This document shows positions 9,686 through 22,379 of a stretch of 64,000 nt of DNA, piece by piece. Position 1 is the stretch's first letter. The number at the start of each line of letters is the position of its first letter. The stretch comes from Haliotis rubra (Eukaryota). The position numbers and the translations under genes were made by a program. The stretch spans positions 682,001-746,000 of the forward strand of contig NW_025764915.1 in NCBI RefSeq assembly GCF_003918875.1, given 5' to 3'. The notes under the pieces were generated by a model. The model made no database searches. It was not told the origin of the DNA and saw nothing but the letters and a program-made list of their open reading frames with translations.

Positions 9686-12600
9686 AGACCGATCCAGTCT
9701 GTCAATCAAAACTGGCGCATGCCTCAATTGTGGCCAATCAGCAGGCCGGGCGCGCTGTGTGGATTTGTCAGACTTATTTTCGGGGTCAAACGATGCCTCC
9801 GAAGCGATGTGCTTCGAATTACGCCATTTACACTCGCTATATTTATTACATATTGCTGCGATTTGATGTGTACCTTTAACAAAATCATTACGGTCAAGAC
9901 AAAAAAAATGGAGGCGGATTAAGGAGCGCGATAGGCCTAACGATCAGTTAAATGTCTGCACCATCGTTCACGAAACCTACGTCTGCCTACTGATGAGAAT
10001 TTGCACGAATTTCCACACTTTTGCACATGTGCAAAATCATTACCAATTGTTAACAACAAATAGCAGTTTAAGACTTTGCAAGTGTTATAAACACAGACAA
10101 TTCTTGTAACTACAAAATTGCTTTTGCTTAACGTTTTTAGTCACTACTAGGCATTGAGTTGGTACGCCATAAAGCTCAAATGAGACAGGCGAGAAAGCCG
10201 TGACACAATGTAAACAAATCTGACGGCGATCTGATTTCGGTTAGGGTCGCCCGAAATAGCAAAACTTGTTACATGAAAGAACAATGTGGCGGATATTGTC
10301 CCCTTTCGCTCTTAGATATTCTTAAATTTGTCACACATTTTAGGATGTTTTAAGTTTCATAAGCACAATCTGAAGGCCTACAGTATCTTGTTAACAGAGC
10401 AAAATAATCGAGGAGTAATATTTTTTATTCAAACGGAAATATTGTCAGTGTCAGCAGTTGCCTATCATAGAATATCCAAGTATCAAAATTAGTTCATATG
10501 AGTGCCTATAAAACCATGCTTTAAATATTTCAGAATTTTTATAAAGAGATGCATGGGACTTTGAACTGAATTACCTTCCTCCATGTTGATCGAATACGAA
10601 AACTATGTGAGAAGAATAGTGACTTTCTGGAGTATTGGACGGAGTGAAATAAAGTGTATATCTTAATTACGAGAACATTATTTGAAGTTTTGTTACAACA
10701 TCAATTATTCACATATATTGGTACATTTTAGGAGTAATATTACAACTGTCATTTTGATTAATACACTGGAAATGATAGCAAGGTATGTTTTAAGAAACTT
10801 GCATTGTTTAGTAAACGTGGAAGGGTAATAAAATAAATAATAATCTAATCAATAATAAATAATTATTTAATTGGTTGACATATCAGATTCTTACGGTATG
10901 ATTTTAAGGCAGAACTAGGCAAACAAACACTATACATATCATGGCAGTTCAATCACTTGGTATTAACTTAGTTTCTTGGCTCAAGCTTTTAGATGTTTTT
11001 TTTAAATACTATATTTACTAATAAGATAATTCTGAAAGTGATTGCTAGTATCATAACTCATTAAAGTTATATCAACATCCAGAGAATTTGAAAAAGCAAA
11101 GGCTACGTTTTGGTCAAACCCTGGACAGGCATTATCCAGTCCTTGAATAGAATAACTGTTCAAACGGTTCATGTAACGAAATAAATATTGAAACATATAT
11201 TTAACCCATGTTTGATGTAATTCTTCTGATAAATCATCACTATTGTTTAGGAGGTTACTAGTATTTGAAGACTGAGCCAAAGCTAGTGTTTATTAAAATG
11301 TTTGTTCTGGACAAATTGTTGAAGGTTTGTTGATGGTTATTTGGAAAATGAGTTTCATATTAAATTGCACACTGGTTTGTAGGAGTTGAACGCTTCAGGA
11401 CATTTTCATGTGTGTTTTCCTGAACCTTTGTTATGACTTTTACCAAATTTTGAATCAACTTTACTATAATTTTTATGTCAATAGTAAGTATCTCAGAAAA
11501 GGAAATAGATCAAAGTCAGTGTTATGTCGTCAATATGTAATTGTATTGACTAAAAGCTTTGAACATAGGATATATTCTTTGCACCTTATTTACACTAGTA
11601 GTTAGCAGTTAAACATCTCTGATGAAAAAAACAATACATTTGTATTTTGTGTAACATTCTATTTCAATGCTAGTTACTTGTTCGGATAACTGTGGATCCC
11701 CTGTTCAAAGATTTTGCATCACATGTTTCCTATTTCTGGAAGATGGGTCAGTGTACAGGTGCAAACTGTATCTTGGATCTTCTTTGTCTTCAGGTGCTGT
11801 GACATACCTGTACATAAACGCTGGCAGTTCATGAAGTCCAGTATTGTGGAAGTTTGTATGTAAATTAGGATTCCACAACAAAGTACATACAGCAAGATAA
11901 AATGGAAATGATGATTAAAACATTGATTTCCTTATATTCAGTGTCATATTATCATGGTGTACAGATTTTGAAGAGGGAAACTTTACTGAGAATTGCTGCA
12001 TATCAGCTGTTGAATATTTGCTTCTGGGTATGTCCAGATACGACCATGGAAACATACTGTTTACAAGCCCAATTTCCTTATTATGTGTTATGCTGTGATT
12101 GATTTGTTTACATTAATTATATACAGACAAATAAGGTGCACGAAGTAGTAGATGGGAAATATTTTCTGCTTAATTCATAAAGATAGAAACCCATGTTTTC
12201 AGATTATTGAACTAAATTTGAACGCCAACGGATAACTACAAGTAACGGCGCCATGCGCAGTGCTGATAATCTATTTATAGATACCGAAACGATCTGCAAC
12301 ATGAACATGTGGTTGTGTTCACGGTTTTTATAAAATTATAAAACCCAAACAACAAAATTCAGTTATCCTTCCCCTGCTAATATCTGTGACGGAGGTGAAT
12401 TGCCAGATAGATTAATTGATTCGAAAGAAATTACGCTTCCTACAGTCTCAGCAGCTGGTCGAGACGATTTTTCATCGGGCAGGTAACTCATTTTCACTCG
12501 CCATTTGCAATCTACCAGCTAAAATATATTAAAAATCACATACGTATAACTTGCCTCTTTAAATAAAATTCACAAACGACGGATACCAAAGTATCACAAG

Positions 12601-12720
12601 CAGAATTCATCAACAACGTTCGCAATCACGTACGTTTCGCCGGCGGTGACGCCATTGTGATTTGTCAGTGGTTGTCCCCCCTAACGTCAAAAACGAAGTG
12701 GGCGGGGTCTGGATCGGTCT
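9686..12720. mobile_element. 3035-bp DNA transposon derivative, 12-bp TIR, AT TSD (ISL2EU/PIF-Harbinger-like)
   Basis: AT|AGACCGATCCAG at 9686 and CTGGATCGGTCT|AT ending 12720. Removing it restores a near-consensus minisatellite unit (TCTGAATACATATTATAACCC). No intact transposase seen. Confidence 0.75.
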
Positions 12721-13245
12721 ATACATATTATAACCCTTACTGACAGACAAACGATAAATAATATATTGAATAGACATTATACTGGATACACAGTGTAACC
12801 CATACTAAGAGACAAATGACAACTAAATTCTCTGAATACACATTGTAACCCGTACCGTACTGAGAGACAAACGATAAATATATAATATACTGAATAGACA
12901 TGTACATCATAACCCACACTAAGAGACGCGCGATAAATAAATGTTCTGAATACACATTATAACCCGTTCTGAGAGACAGTCGATAACGAAATGCACTGAA
13001 TACACAGTATAACTAATACTGAGAGACAAATGGCAACTAAATTCCCTGAATACACATTATATCCCGTGCTGAGAGACAAACGAAAAATATATGATATACT
13101 GCAAACGGATTATAACCCATACTAAGAGAGAAACGGTAAAAATGTGTACTGAATGCACATTATAACTAATACTAAGAGACGGATGACAACTACGTGCTCT
13201 GAATACACATTAGAACTAATACTGAATGACAAATGATAACGAAAT
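12721..13245 (+). repeat. ~45-bp diverged minisatellite, right part
   Basis: Repeated CTGAATACACATTATAAC..TACTGAGAGACAAA units. Confidence 0.85.
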
Positions 13246-13279
13246 ACAAACCCCAATTCCACACTTCGAACAAACGATA

Positions 13280-13495
13280 TTACACAAACATTCTTTTCTT
13301 TGAACAGGGAGACAAAAATGTACTACATGCATGCCCCGACACTATACGGAGAGTCAAAACGTCAACATTCATTAGTTTACACTGAGGCAAATACAACGGT
13401 ATGGCATTACTAATCAGACTGGTCAGTGAACATCTGTATACCCAATAGATAAACAAGAACATGTTTACACCCATCCCATCCATACGTTACAAACT
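13280..13495 (-). pseudogene. Possible decayed CTL remnant
   Basis: TYGWDGC... and HACSTFLSPCSKKRMFV* (CTL-like C...C-x5-FV(C) end). Confidence 0.3.
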
Positions 13496-13609
13496 GTACA
13501 ATCGCTTAATATAGGCCATGAAGCATTTAACTGATTATGAGAGACAACCGTTTAGCTCATACACATACTGTCATGCAAACGCTTAGGCTAAAACACACAT
13601 CGTACTGAG

Positions 13610-13774
13610 TGAGAGAGTGAGTGAGAATGGTCTTACGGATTTTAGCAATATTCCAGCAATATCACGGCGGGGGAAACCAGAAATGGACTTCGCACATACT
13701 ACCCATGTTGGGAATTGAACCTGGGTCTTCGACTTGACGAGCGAAAGCTTTAACCACTAGGCTACCCTACCTCT
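13610..13774 (-). mobile_element. SINE family A
   Basis: Full-length reverse match with (TGAG)n tail; TSD TCGTACTGAG on both sides. Confidence 0.9.
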
Positions 13775-14459
13775 TCGTACTGAGAGACAAACGTTTACAT
13801 AAACACCTGCCCACAATATCTGATACAACCTTTGTAAACCCGACCATAAAATAACACAAAGACACCAATTTGATCAATTCTTCAATAATTGGATATAGAC
13901 AGTCGTATTCTATTCTGAGAGACAACGCTAAGTAGTGCATTTCCATAGAGATGTCTTCACGGAAGTAACACGAGTTCAGTCACGAATAAAACACCTCATG
14001 TCTACAAAAACCTTTCCTCTGTCAACCCATGTTAATCCCAAACCACGTTTTGGCCTTGGCCTCATAAACACCTATCAACCTTGAGGGTTCTTTAAGGCAT
14101 TAGTACAGATACATTATTATTCAAGTCAGAAAATACTAGCTGTGTTCATCGCGGGCCATGTGGTGGTATGTTTCACATTAAAATGTATGCATGGCTACAC
14201 TTGAAACGAACCAGATTGAATATCAGTGTACACAACAATGAGCTTGACATTACTATGATCTGTGTCCAATGTGTTCAATACAATTATTAATTATGTATGC
14301 ACATGTACAAGTGTTTTTCTCTGATGCATATGGGCACACAAACGTTGTCGTTACATATGAGTGAAAACACGATAGAGAGCCATCCACTTAAACGGTGCAA
14401 GAGAGGATTCTGTTTTGTAAATAAACATCGCTTAGAAGATATTATCGGCGGCAACCTAA

Positions 14460-14940
14460 GCTTATTCCTAACTTCCGCAACCTATACATTCTCGACCTGC
14501 GTTACTCATGCATTGGAAACACAACACGGACTATTTCCGATACTTTCCTTAAATAGTATTACCTCTTGAAATGCCAAATCTTCGAACAATGTACCACTGC
14601 ATGTTTGGAAATGGTTAGAGTGAACTTGAGGTCATCAAGTCTGAAAGTATGTGTATGTAATTTGTACAACTCCAGAGTAGTAAGGTAAGTACTTACATAA
14701 ACACCATCCTGCTGGTCTAACGGTAAATCCAAGTGTTTTCCCATTCAGTAATCCCTGAGATGTCGTGAAGTCGGTTCCACGTGTTGTACCCCAACACTCC
14801 AGACAGCTTAACAGGCGGTGTACCTATTTTCTGTGTGATCTTTGTGATCTGTAGGACTTTGTATCAACTACAGATGACGATATCCCTAATTCATTAAGGT
14901 TCCTTTTCGTTCAGATCTGTATCTGCGTGACATACGTTAC
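14460..14940 (-). pseudogene. Decayed CTL + PAN-like gene
   Basis: GYRHL*LIQS, YNTWNRLHDISGITEWEN (WIGLxD..G..WxD-like), then SVLCFQCMSNAGRECIG; several stops and frameshifts. Confidence 0.4.
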
Positions 14941-15894
14941 TCCGTTTGGTCACCTTGATTTGACAGAGTTTGATTCATCTACAAAACCGAGAATCATTTG
15001 GAAGACAAATGTTTAGAGTATCCATTCAGAAGCACATTCTCTTCAAAACACAGTACGTTGTCTTTCCAAGAGAAGAGAGTCATGCTTGTCCACTTGTTAC
15101 ACATTTCAACATGATGACCTCCACGTATCGATGTCCAATACACCTGATTGTAAATTACATCCCGACATCGGCGAAGATAAATGACATAGCAAGCTCCTAC
15201 TGGTTGCTGGAACGAGAACAGTTGTCAGAAATGTCACTCCCTTTAAGTCCGTACTTTCAATTAAGCCCGCGACAGCCGTTTAGCCACTGGTCTCATAAAA
15301 GCCACCGAAAAATAATCGATCCATTCAAAATAGTCCGCGGTCACAGAAAGCGATATTGTTAATGGTGCACAAAACAGTAGCTCGATACACTATTCTCGTA
15401 AATTGTTCTCTCAGAGATGAGAACCATTTTACGTAACGGTTTCTTCCACCGAGTCACATATTCACAGTTTGGACCAGCTACAGAACACAGAGGCGAGACC
15501 CGTATTCACGTGTTCAAAGTGCAGGTGATTGTGTTGACAAGTGTTAAAGTCAATGCAAATAGAGTCCAAATCCTACAGGATCTTTGCAGCAGATGGGAAG
15601 GTATCACGTTTTGAAAGGCCGATGCATCAGTTTTACTTGACTGCTCAAGGCCTCTGCTCTCATTAATAGAACACTGCACAGGCCAAAATACTCGTCATGG
15701 GTTATCGTTATTTATACAAGATCCATGCTTACGGCATACATTATTAAATCAGTGTACAGGTGATGCGCGGCCTATCTTATCACGTGGTGGTATGCAACGA
15801 TCCTTTGAGACTTAATAATTATGTCAGTTTTTGCAATGTTATAGAATACTCCACGTCGTTGACTTTCATCCATTTGATGACGTGCTGGAAACGC

Positions 15895-16430
15895 TTATTG
15901 ACAAAGGTTTTGGAATACGACATCGGTGTTTAACTTAATAATAGATGATGCTTTGAGATGAAGTGAATTAAACTGAAATGGCACCTTCAGCACCATTGGT
16001 ATGAGATCACACATTCGCAATAATACTGAACAAGACGACAAACGCATGCATATGGTTCCCGAGCTTAAGGAAATCAATAATATCACACTGCATTTCCACT
16101 TCATGTATGTACACAAGAGGCTATCATAGTGGAACAAATTACAACGTTTCTGGAGGTTCTGGTATCATCTCCTAATCTTCATTTACGTCATAGAGGCATT
16201 AAGCTTCCTTGCTTGGACTTCCGACAGCACAAATAACTCCGTCAATACTGATATTGCTTGTATTGTAGCCTCTCGATAGCTGAACAAACATCAACACAGC
16301 TGACCGGTCAAAGAATTAACACGTCAATATATACCTCACAACGGAGGCCTTAGGAGGACTTGTCGATAGTAACAACACACACACAAACACAGGAGCAATT
16401 CACAGCTGCTATCACTGAACCAGATTCTAG
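15895..16430 (-). pseudogene. Decayed CTL + PAN-like gene
   Basis: RIWFSDSSCE../VVTIDKS, SIDG, PSKEA*CLY, KRCNLFHYDSLLCT, then SSCSVLLRMCDLIP..FQFN. Confidence 0.35.
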
Positions 16431-17254
16431 ACGGCGTTAGTTAAGATGTCCAATCCTCGGTATCACTGATTATGTTATCCAGAGTGAACATCCCACTGTT
16501 TGCACTGAGTAACTGTCCCCCCTGAGAAGAAGACCGTTATAGCTGCTCTTGGTCGTATCGTCCAATTAATCCAGTCCAGGAAGCCAAGCGTCTCCAGACG
16601 GAGCTCAGACGCGCATCTGTTACCGTTTCTAAACCAAGGAAATCTGCACAGTTGTGTGCATCGCATGAGGCTGTGTCTTCCGAGGCGCCCGTATCGGTTT
16701 TCAAGACAGTATCGTTTTACAGAGTTCTGCGATCTTCAGCATCTGACGACAGGTCTGGGAGGCATCCTCTTGATGTATCACGGCTTTGGCCTAATGCTGG
16801 TGATGGGTAGAAATAGGCCACACCTGTATATCTACTTTGCCTAATGCTTCAGGCAGCCGCATATGAATAATAATATCATAGCTTTCATAACGTTGTTATA
16901 ATGTTGTTATATCATCAGTGGGTTGTTATTTTGTGATGAAGATTCTAATAGAAGTAGTGAATTATTGGGATTATCAATAGTCACGATTTGCCGATGATTC
17001 AACTTGGGATACTCTTGAAAGCATTTGAGGAAAGGCAGGGCAGGGCCTGTTTTTAATTTTCGCGAATACCTGGTCTCATAATTGATTTTTATACAACCAT
17101 TCATATATTATTCACCGTTATTTTATTTATTATGTCCCATGGAATCTCTTCCAGTATTTATTTGAGACTGAATATGTATTTGCGGTGACGATCTGTGTTG
17201 TTAGAACGTTCCTATATTGTAATGTATTGTAGTGTTCTGTGGTGGAGCGGAGAC

Positions 17255-17720
17255 GAGTGGAGTGTAGTGTAGTGTAGCGTAGTGTAGTGTAGTGTAGTGT
17301 AGTGTAGTGTAGTGTAGTGTAGTGTAGTGTAGTGTAGCTTTAGTATAGTGTGGTGTAGTGTAAGCTTAGTTTAGTTCAGTTTAGTTTAGTGTATATTTAG
17401 TGTAGTGTAGTCTAGTTAAGCTTTAGTGTAGTGTAGTTAAGCTTTAGTGTAGTGTAGTTAAGCTTTAGTGTAGTGTAGTTAAGCTTTAGTGTAGTATGGT
17501 GTGGTGCAAGCTTAGTGTACATTTAGTGTAGTGCAGTGTACATGTAGTGTAGCTTGGCGTGGCGTGGCCTGGCGTGGACTGGCGTTTCTCGGCGTGGACT
17601 GGCGTTGCGTGGCGTGGCGTGGTGTGGCGTGGCGTGGCGTGGCGTGGCGTGGCGTGAAGTGTAGTGTGGCGTGGCGTGTCCTGTAGTGTAGTGTAGTGTA
17701 GTGTAGTGTAATGTAGTGTT
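17255..17720. repeat. Compound pentanucleotide microsatellite (GTGTA)n/(GTTTA)n/(GGCGT)n
   Basis: Directly visible; includes 23-bp higher-order units AAGCTTTAGTGTAGTGTAGTT-like. Confidence 0.95.
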
Positions 17721-18286
17721 ACATCAATATGAAGTAGGCTATAATTATTTATGCAGTATTTAGACTACCATTCCTTGTCAACATCATCGTATTATTTCAT
17801 TGCAAATTCAACAGTAAGTATACAAACCTTTAATATCTGTGTTAAAAATATTACTACAATGCACATTGTGATAAATTGAACGGTTCTTTTAAGCTATGTA
17901 GCAATGCTGAACATAAACGGCTATATTATATATAATTGGATGACATCATGACTGAGATTAAATTACAGACCTGGTATCAAGTTCGTAAACGCGAATTTAA
18001 CAGTGCATATTTGTTTGAACACGTCCCTTGTAAAATATTCCGATTTTTTGTCCAATCTAATGAACATATGGCAAGAAACTTTAAAAATGCTATACGGTAA
18101 TATTAAACGAAGCGTTTGATTGGAACCAGCAGAACAGAAGCTAATAATGTAATATGGGCGTGTCCATCAAATGGGTCGCACGCTGGGAATTGAGAAACAA
18201 AACGCGCATCTAAATAAGTAATTCACCGCTTCCAGTGTTCTATCCGATTACAATTCCGTATTGCCCATAGGCTAAAATTAGGCGGG

Positions 18287-18484
18287 TTATTGCACCACGT
18301 CAGATGAGCAATAGGAAGCAGCGGGGCTTTTGTTCACACGTGATCGACACACCACATGGTGAGCGACATGGGTGCTGATCTGAGTAGCTGGTGAGGTAAT
18401 ATTAGCACATAATGTAATATTACATGAACAGGGAAAATATGATTGGTCGTAGCGGATATTTTGAGTTTCCTTCGTCTGTGGCAC
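18287..18484 (-). pseudogene. Possible decayed CTL-end + PAN-like remnant
   Basis: SYFPCSCNITLCAN ... RVNKSPAASYCSSD. Confidence 0.25.
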
Positions 18485-18579
18485 TTTGTGTCTATATTAA
18501 AGCTACTCTATCCATCAGATTTCAATGATCAAACAATAGGCATTATCATTAATGCATTGACATGCATTGTAAGCTAATG

Positions 18580-18852
18580 CGCCTCAAGAGGCCGTATTAA
18601 AGTGAAAGTAGACTTTATCATGCAACGTCTAACTAACCATGTTCATTGATAGGTCCAGGGATTATATTTTATCTGTTTAGTTTTGGTCTGTGAACCAGAA
18701 GGAAATGCGTTGTTTATTGCTTTGTATTCTATGCGCGTCTGGAGACCGTATTAAAGTAAAAGTACCTTTTATCATGCAAAATCTAACTGACCATGTTTAT
18801 TGATAGGTTGTTGTATCACAGTTTAGTTTTGGTCTGTAAACCAGAAGGAAAT
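18580..18852 (+). repeat. Diverged local tandem duplication (~155-bp period)
   Basis: CCGTATTAAAGT.AAAGTA..CTTT.ATCATGCAA...TTTAGTTTTGGTCTGT.AACCAGAAGGAAAT occurs twice. Confidence 0.8.
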
Positions 18853-21140
18853 ATATTGTACCATGATATATCATCTATAAAACGTTAGAGAATACAAGTG
18901 AGCAGTCTCGATAGTTGACTGAATCAGATTTGATTTAAAAAACAAAATAGTGGTGAAACCCTATGTTAATGAATCACTGATAAAAGTAATGACAACAGGT
19001 GTTCGAGAACAGTGTAAGCTGCACCCACCTATCCTACATCAAACATGTTTGCCACTGACAACGGTAAACGGTAACTAAAATATTTGGNNNNNNNNNNNNN
19101 NNNNNNNNNNNNNNNNNNNNNNNNNNNNNNNNNNNNNNNNNNNNNNNNNNNNNNNNNNNNNNNNNNNNNNNNNNNNNNNNNNNNNNNNNNNNNNNNNNNN
19201 NNNNNNNNNNNNNNNNNNNNNNNNTCTTTCAGAATACAATAAACTCTCGCCAAATGGTAGTGCAAGGGATATATCGAGATATCCGTAATTTGAGTAAAGC
19301 GTAGCGTCTAAATCGAGCAAGACACAATAAAATAGTAAACTTAAAATATATTATTTTATATTGTCCGATTGGACCTTCATAGTTCGAAATACAATCGTCT
19401 TAAACTAAATATCGAGTAACTGGAGTTCGAGACAACGATGCTTTACTGTATTTTCACTTAAAAATATCGACAAGCATTCCATCTCCCTCCCTCGAGTGGC
19501 TGATGCCGAGGAACAAGTCCCGTGGCCGATGATGAGGAAGTTCACCACTTCCTCGGCAACGCTCAAGCAGATCCCCTCACCCTGGCGAATCAAGGTCCCC
19601 CGGCCTACTGATGCCTCCTGCCCCACACATGGCAGACATCGGAGCACATATATACACGAGGAAAGTTCACGCCGGCGTCCCCGACATCTCCACGTAAAGC
19701 CCACTCGACCGTGACATCGCGTTTCGGTGTTCTCCAAATGGCAGTCGGGTTGCCCTGGCTGTAAGTGATACCTCAAGACCGTGTTTGCAGACATACACTC
19801 GAGTATTGAACTTATGGACTCGTGTTTTCCATTATGGAGCAACACCGTGTGTAATAGTACGGATGCATGTTGCAGGTTTACTAAAACATATGCATTGTTT
19901 GTATAGCAGAAATGGGTGTTTTGCTAAGAAGCATAAAATATGCATGTTGTGTCGAGCCACGAGTATTGTGTTATAAATCTTCACTGGTTCTTCACGAATA
20001 TACCGCTCTGTGGATAGTAAACGTACCCAACGACTGCACTACCAAACCGTACTTATGGGCAGACAAAAACATAAAATAACATTAAAGTTTATTATTTTTT
20101 GGCATTTTATCCCATAACTGGACATGACATATAATATGCTTTTGAAAGGGGATCCGTAAGAAACAGTACGTCCTCGTATGTCAATCCCTGATCTGACTTT
20201 GGACATAACGAACTCGAACGGACAAAACTTAATTCGTCAGATCCAAAGTTCGGGAATGACTCACAGTAAGTCTTTTTTCAAATATGTATTAATTTCATTA
20301 CAACCGATTTCGAAATAAGCGGTGTTCCATGCATAATGCATGTATTGGTCACCATGTGTTCTATTACATCATTGTCATATGTGACGCATTTCTTTCTGGT
20401 TTAGTTCAACATACATTGTATGTATCTATATCATGAACGAAAAGACGTTGCTGACACATTTGCCTAAAGCGAATTGGATGAAAATTCCAGTATCTCTGGC
20501 AACAGACTTGGGACTTCGGCACCAAATTGGTAGGCACCTAAAACCTGCATCATTTACTGCTTTTCTCCCAAATGAAGCTGGTACACCTTTATGTAACTAA
20601 AACACTGTTGAAAGCGACATTAAACCAAAATCACCCCCTCAGTATGTTCCGCTGGACTTGCCTGCTTGATACTACAGGTGAGAACAAAAAGTAATGATGA
20701 AACTGGGTCCCTCACGGGTTCTTTTCGGATCACAGGTAGGTTTACTTTGTATCATATCACATACCACGCATGCGTAACATAACGGGATCGTAATTAGCCA
20801 ATCCAGGCTCGCGATTCCGGAACTAATGATGTCAAATGCCACATGTGTGACGGTGCAAATTCCTGAGTGCAACTATAAGGCAACAACAAACAGGTGACGC
20901 ACCTTGAACCATGCTATCGTGTAGCGCAGGGTTTCCCTTGTGCCCTTTACGTCTACTTTTCTGTGTGTTCATTCTTATCTTTTCTTACCATGCAAATGTT
21001 TTGACTAGAAATATGTCCAAGAACGAATAAATAATCATCTTTGACTTGGACATGAATATCCTTTTTGCGAACACCTGTGACATCACTGGTTCTCAGAGAT
21101 CCATTCATAACATTTTCAGCACTTCTTACACATTTTACCA

Positions 21141-21387
21141 CTGAAGATCCGGGTTAGAAGTGATCTTCAGTAACCCATGCTTGTCGTAAGAGGCGACTAA
21201 CGGGATCGGGTGGTCAGGTTCGCTGACTTGGTTGACACATGTCATCGTATCCAAGTTGCGTAGATCGATGCTCATGCTGTTGATCACCGAATTGTCTGTT
21301 CCAGACTCGATTATTTACACACCGTCGTCATATAGCTTTTCCAGACTATTACTGAGTGCGGCGTAAAACTAAACTAACCCACTCACT
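21141..21387 (+). mobile_element. Family B headless retroposon, near full length
   Basis: TGAAGATCCGGGTTAGAAGTGATCTTCAGTAACCCATGCTTGTCGTAAGAGGCGACTAACGGGATC ... GCGGCGTAAAACTAAACT..CACTCAC tail; no Pol III A/B box. Confidence 0.85.
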
Positions 21388-22002
21388 TATGCCCAATGCA
21401 ACGTATCTTTTTCCGCGGAAAATCATCGAGACTGGTTATTCTCTGGCGTATATGTTCTATATTTACTCAGTTATCAATTTTATTTACCTACTGATGGATG
21501 GACGACCTTACACGAAACCGGATAGTGTAGAGCTGTGTAAATATGTCGGTATGTCCTGATCCAAGGTTAAGATATCGCATACCTTAAAAGAACTACAGAC
21601 ACACTAAAACACTTATGAAAAGAGTTGGAGCGTATGGGCGTAAACGTTCTATCAAAGCCAAAGTAACACCTGAGGTGCTAGATGATTCATATAAAACATG
21701 ATATGAAACAAGATATTCATCAGTTATGACCTATAACCTTCAAAAGAAGTAGATTAATCATTCAATAAACGTACCATAAATCGTCACCGTTTGCTAGAAG
21801 TACAACACCTTTTCATCGTTTAATGAAGCTCAGGTTTATAACGGTACTCATAACTGAGATTTACGTGACATGTTCCTTCATAACTCAAGACATCAGAGCT
21901 GTTCAACAATATTAAAAATATATAGGCTCCTTAAAAATAATCACGATATCAACTCTTGAAAACGAGTTTTCGTCATAAAAAACACCACGTTCAGGTAGCT
22001 TA

Positions 22003-22376
22003 AGACTAACATCTACTCTCTGAAATGAACATATTTTACAGAAAAAAATGTTTTTATATTATGTAAATAAAAAACAATAAAAAGGAATTCAGAGACTTCC
22101 TCCATTTTCCGAAACTGCGGTAAACTAGACTTGCCACACATTAAAACTTTGAGAGGCATGCAGAAGTTGGGACAGAAAGAAAGGGTAACACTATATGGAA
22201 CAATTTTTATTGCAGTGAGAGTCGATAACGGTGTTAGAACCTACACCGAAACGTCGCTCTCACTACAATAAAGAAGTTGTTCATCCATATATTGTTATCC
22301 TTCCTTACTGACTCACATTCTAGACTTACATGAGCTCCATTAGGTATATTTGTTTCAGGGTCGGTATGACAGACTA
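22003..22376. mobile_element. Academ-like element, copy 2, carrying a nested palindrome
   Basis: Same termini as 9191-9348; flanks AGGTAGCTTA/AGGCAGCATC. Confidence 0.6.
22173..22310. mobile_element. Penelope-like fold-back (palindromic) fragment
   Basis: Imperfect ~65-bp inverted arms around CGGTGT-TAGAACCT-ACACCG; right arm CCGAAACGTCG...CAATAAA is typical of PLE terminal repeats. Confidence 0.5.
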
Positions 22377-22379
22377 AGG

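Noticed and set aside
15417-15614. Plus-strand exon or PAN-like SAGDCVDKC
   Set aside because: Single short motif flanked by stops; indistinguishable from chance.
21170-21210. Canonical HDV-like ribozyme in the family B head
   Set aside because: CTAA resembles J4/2, but no P1/P3/L3 (UYYHCGY-type loop) arrangement could be built; kept only as an unclassified structured-RNA candidate.
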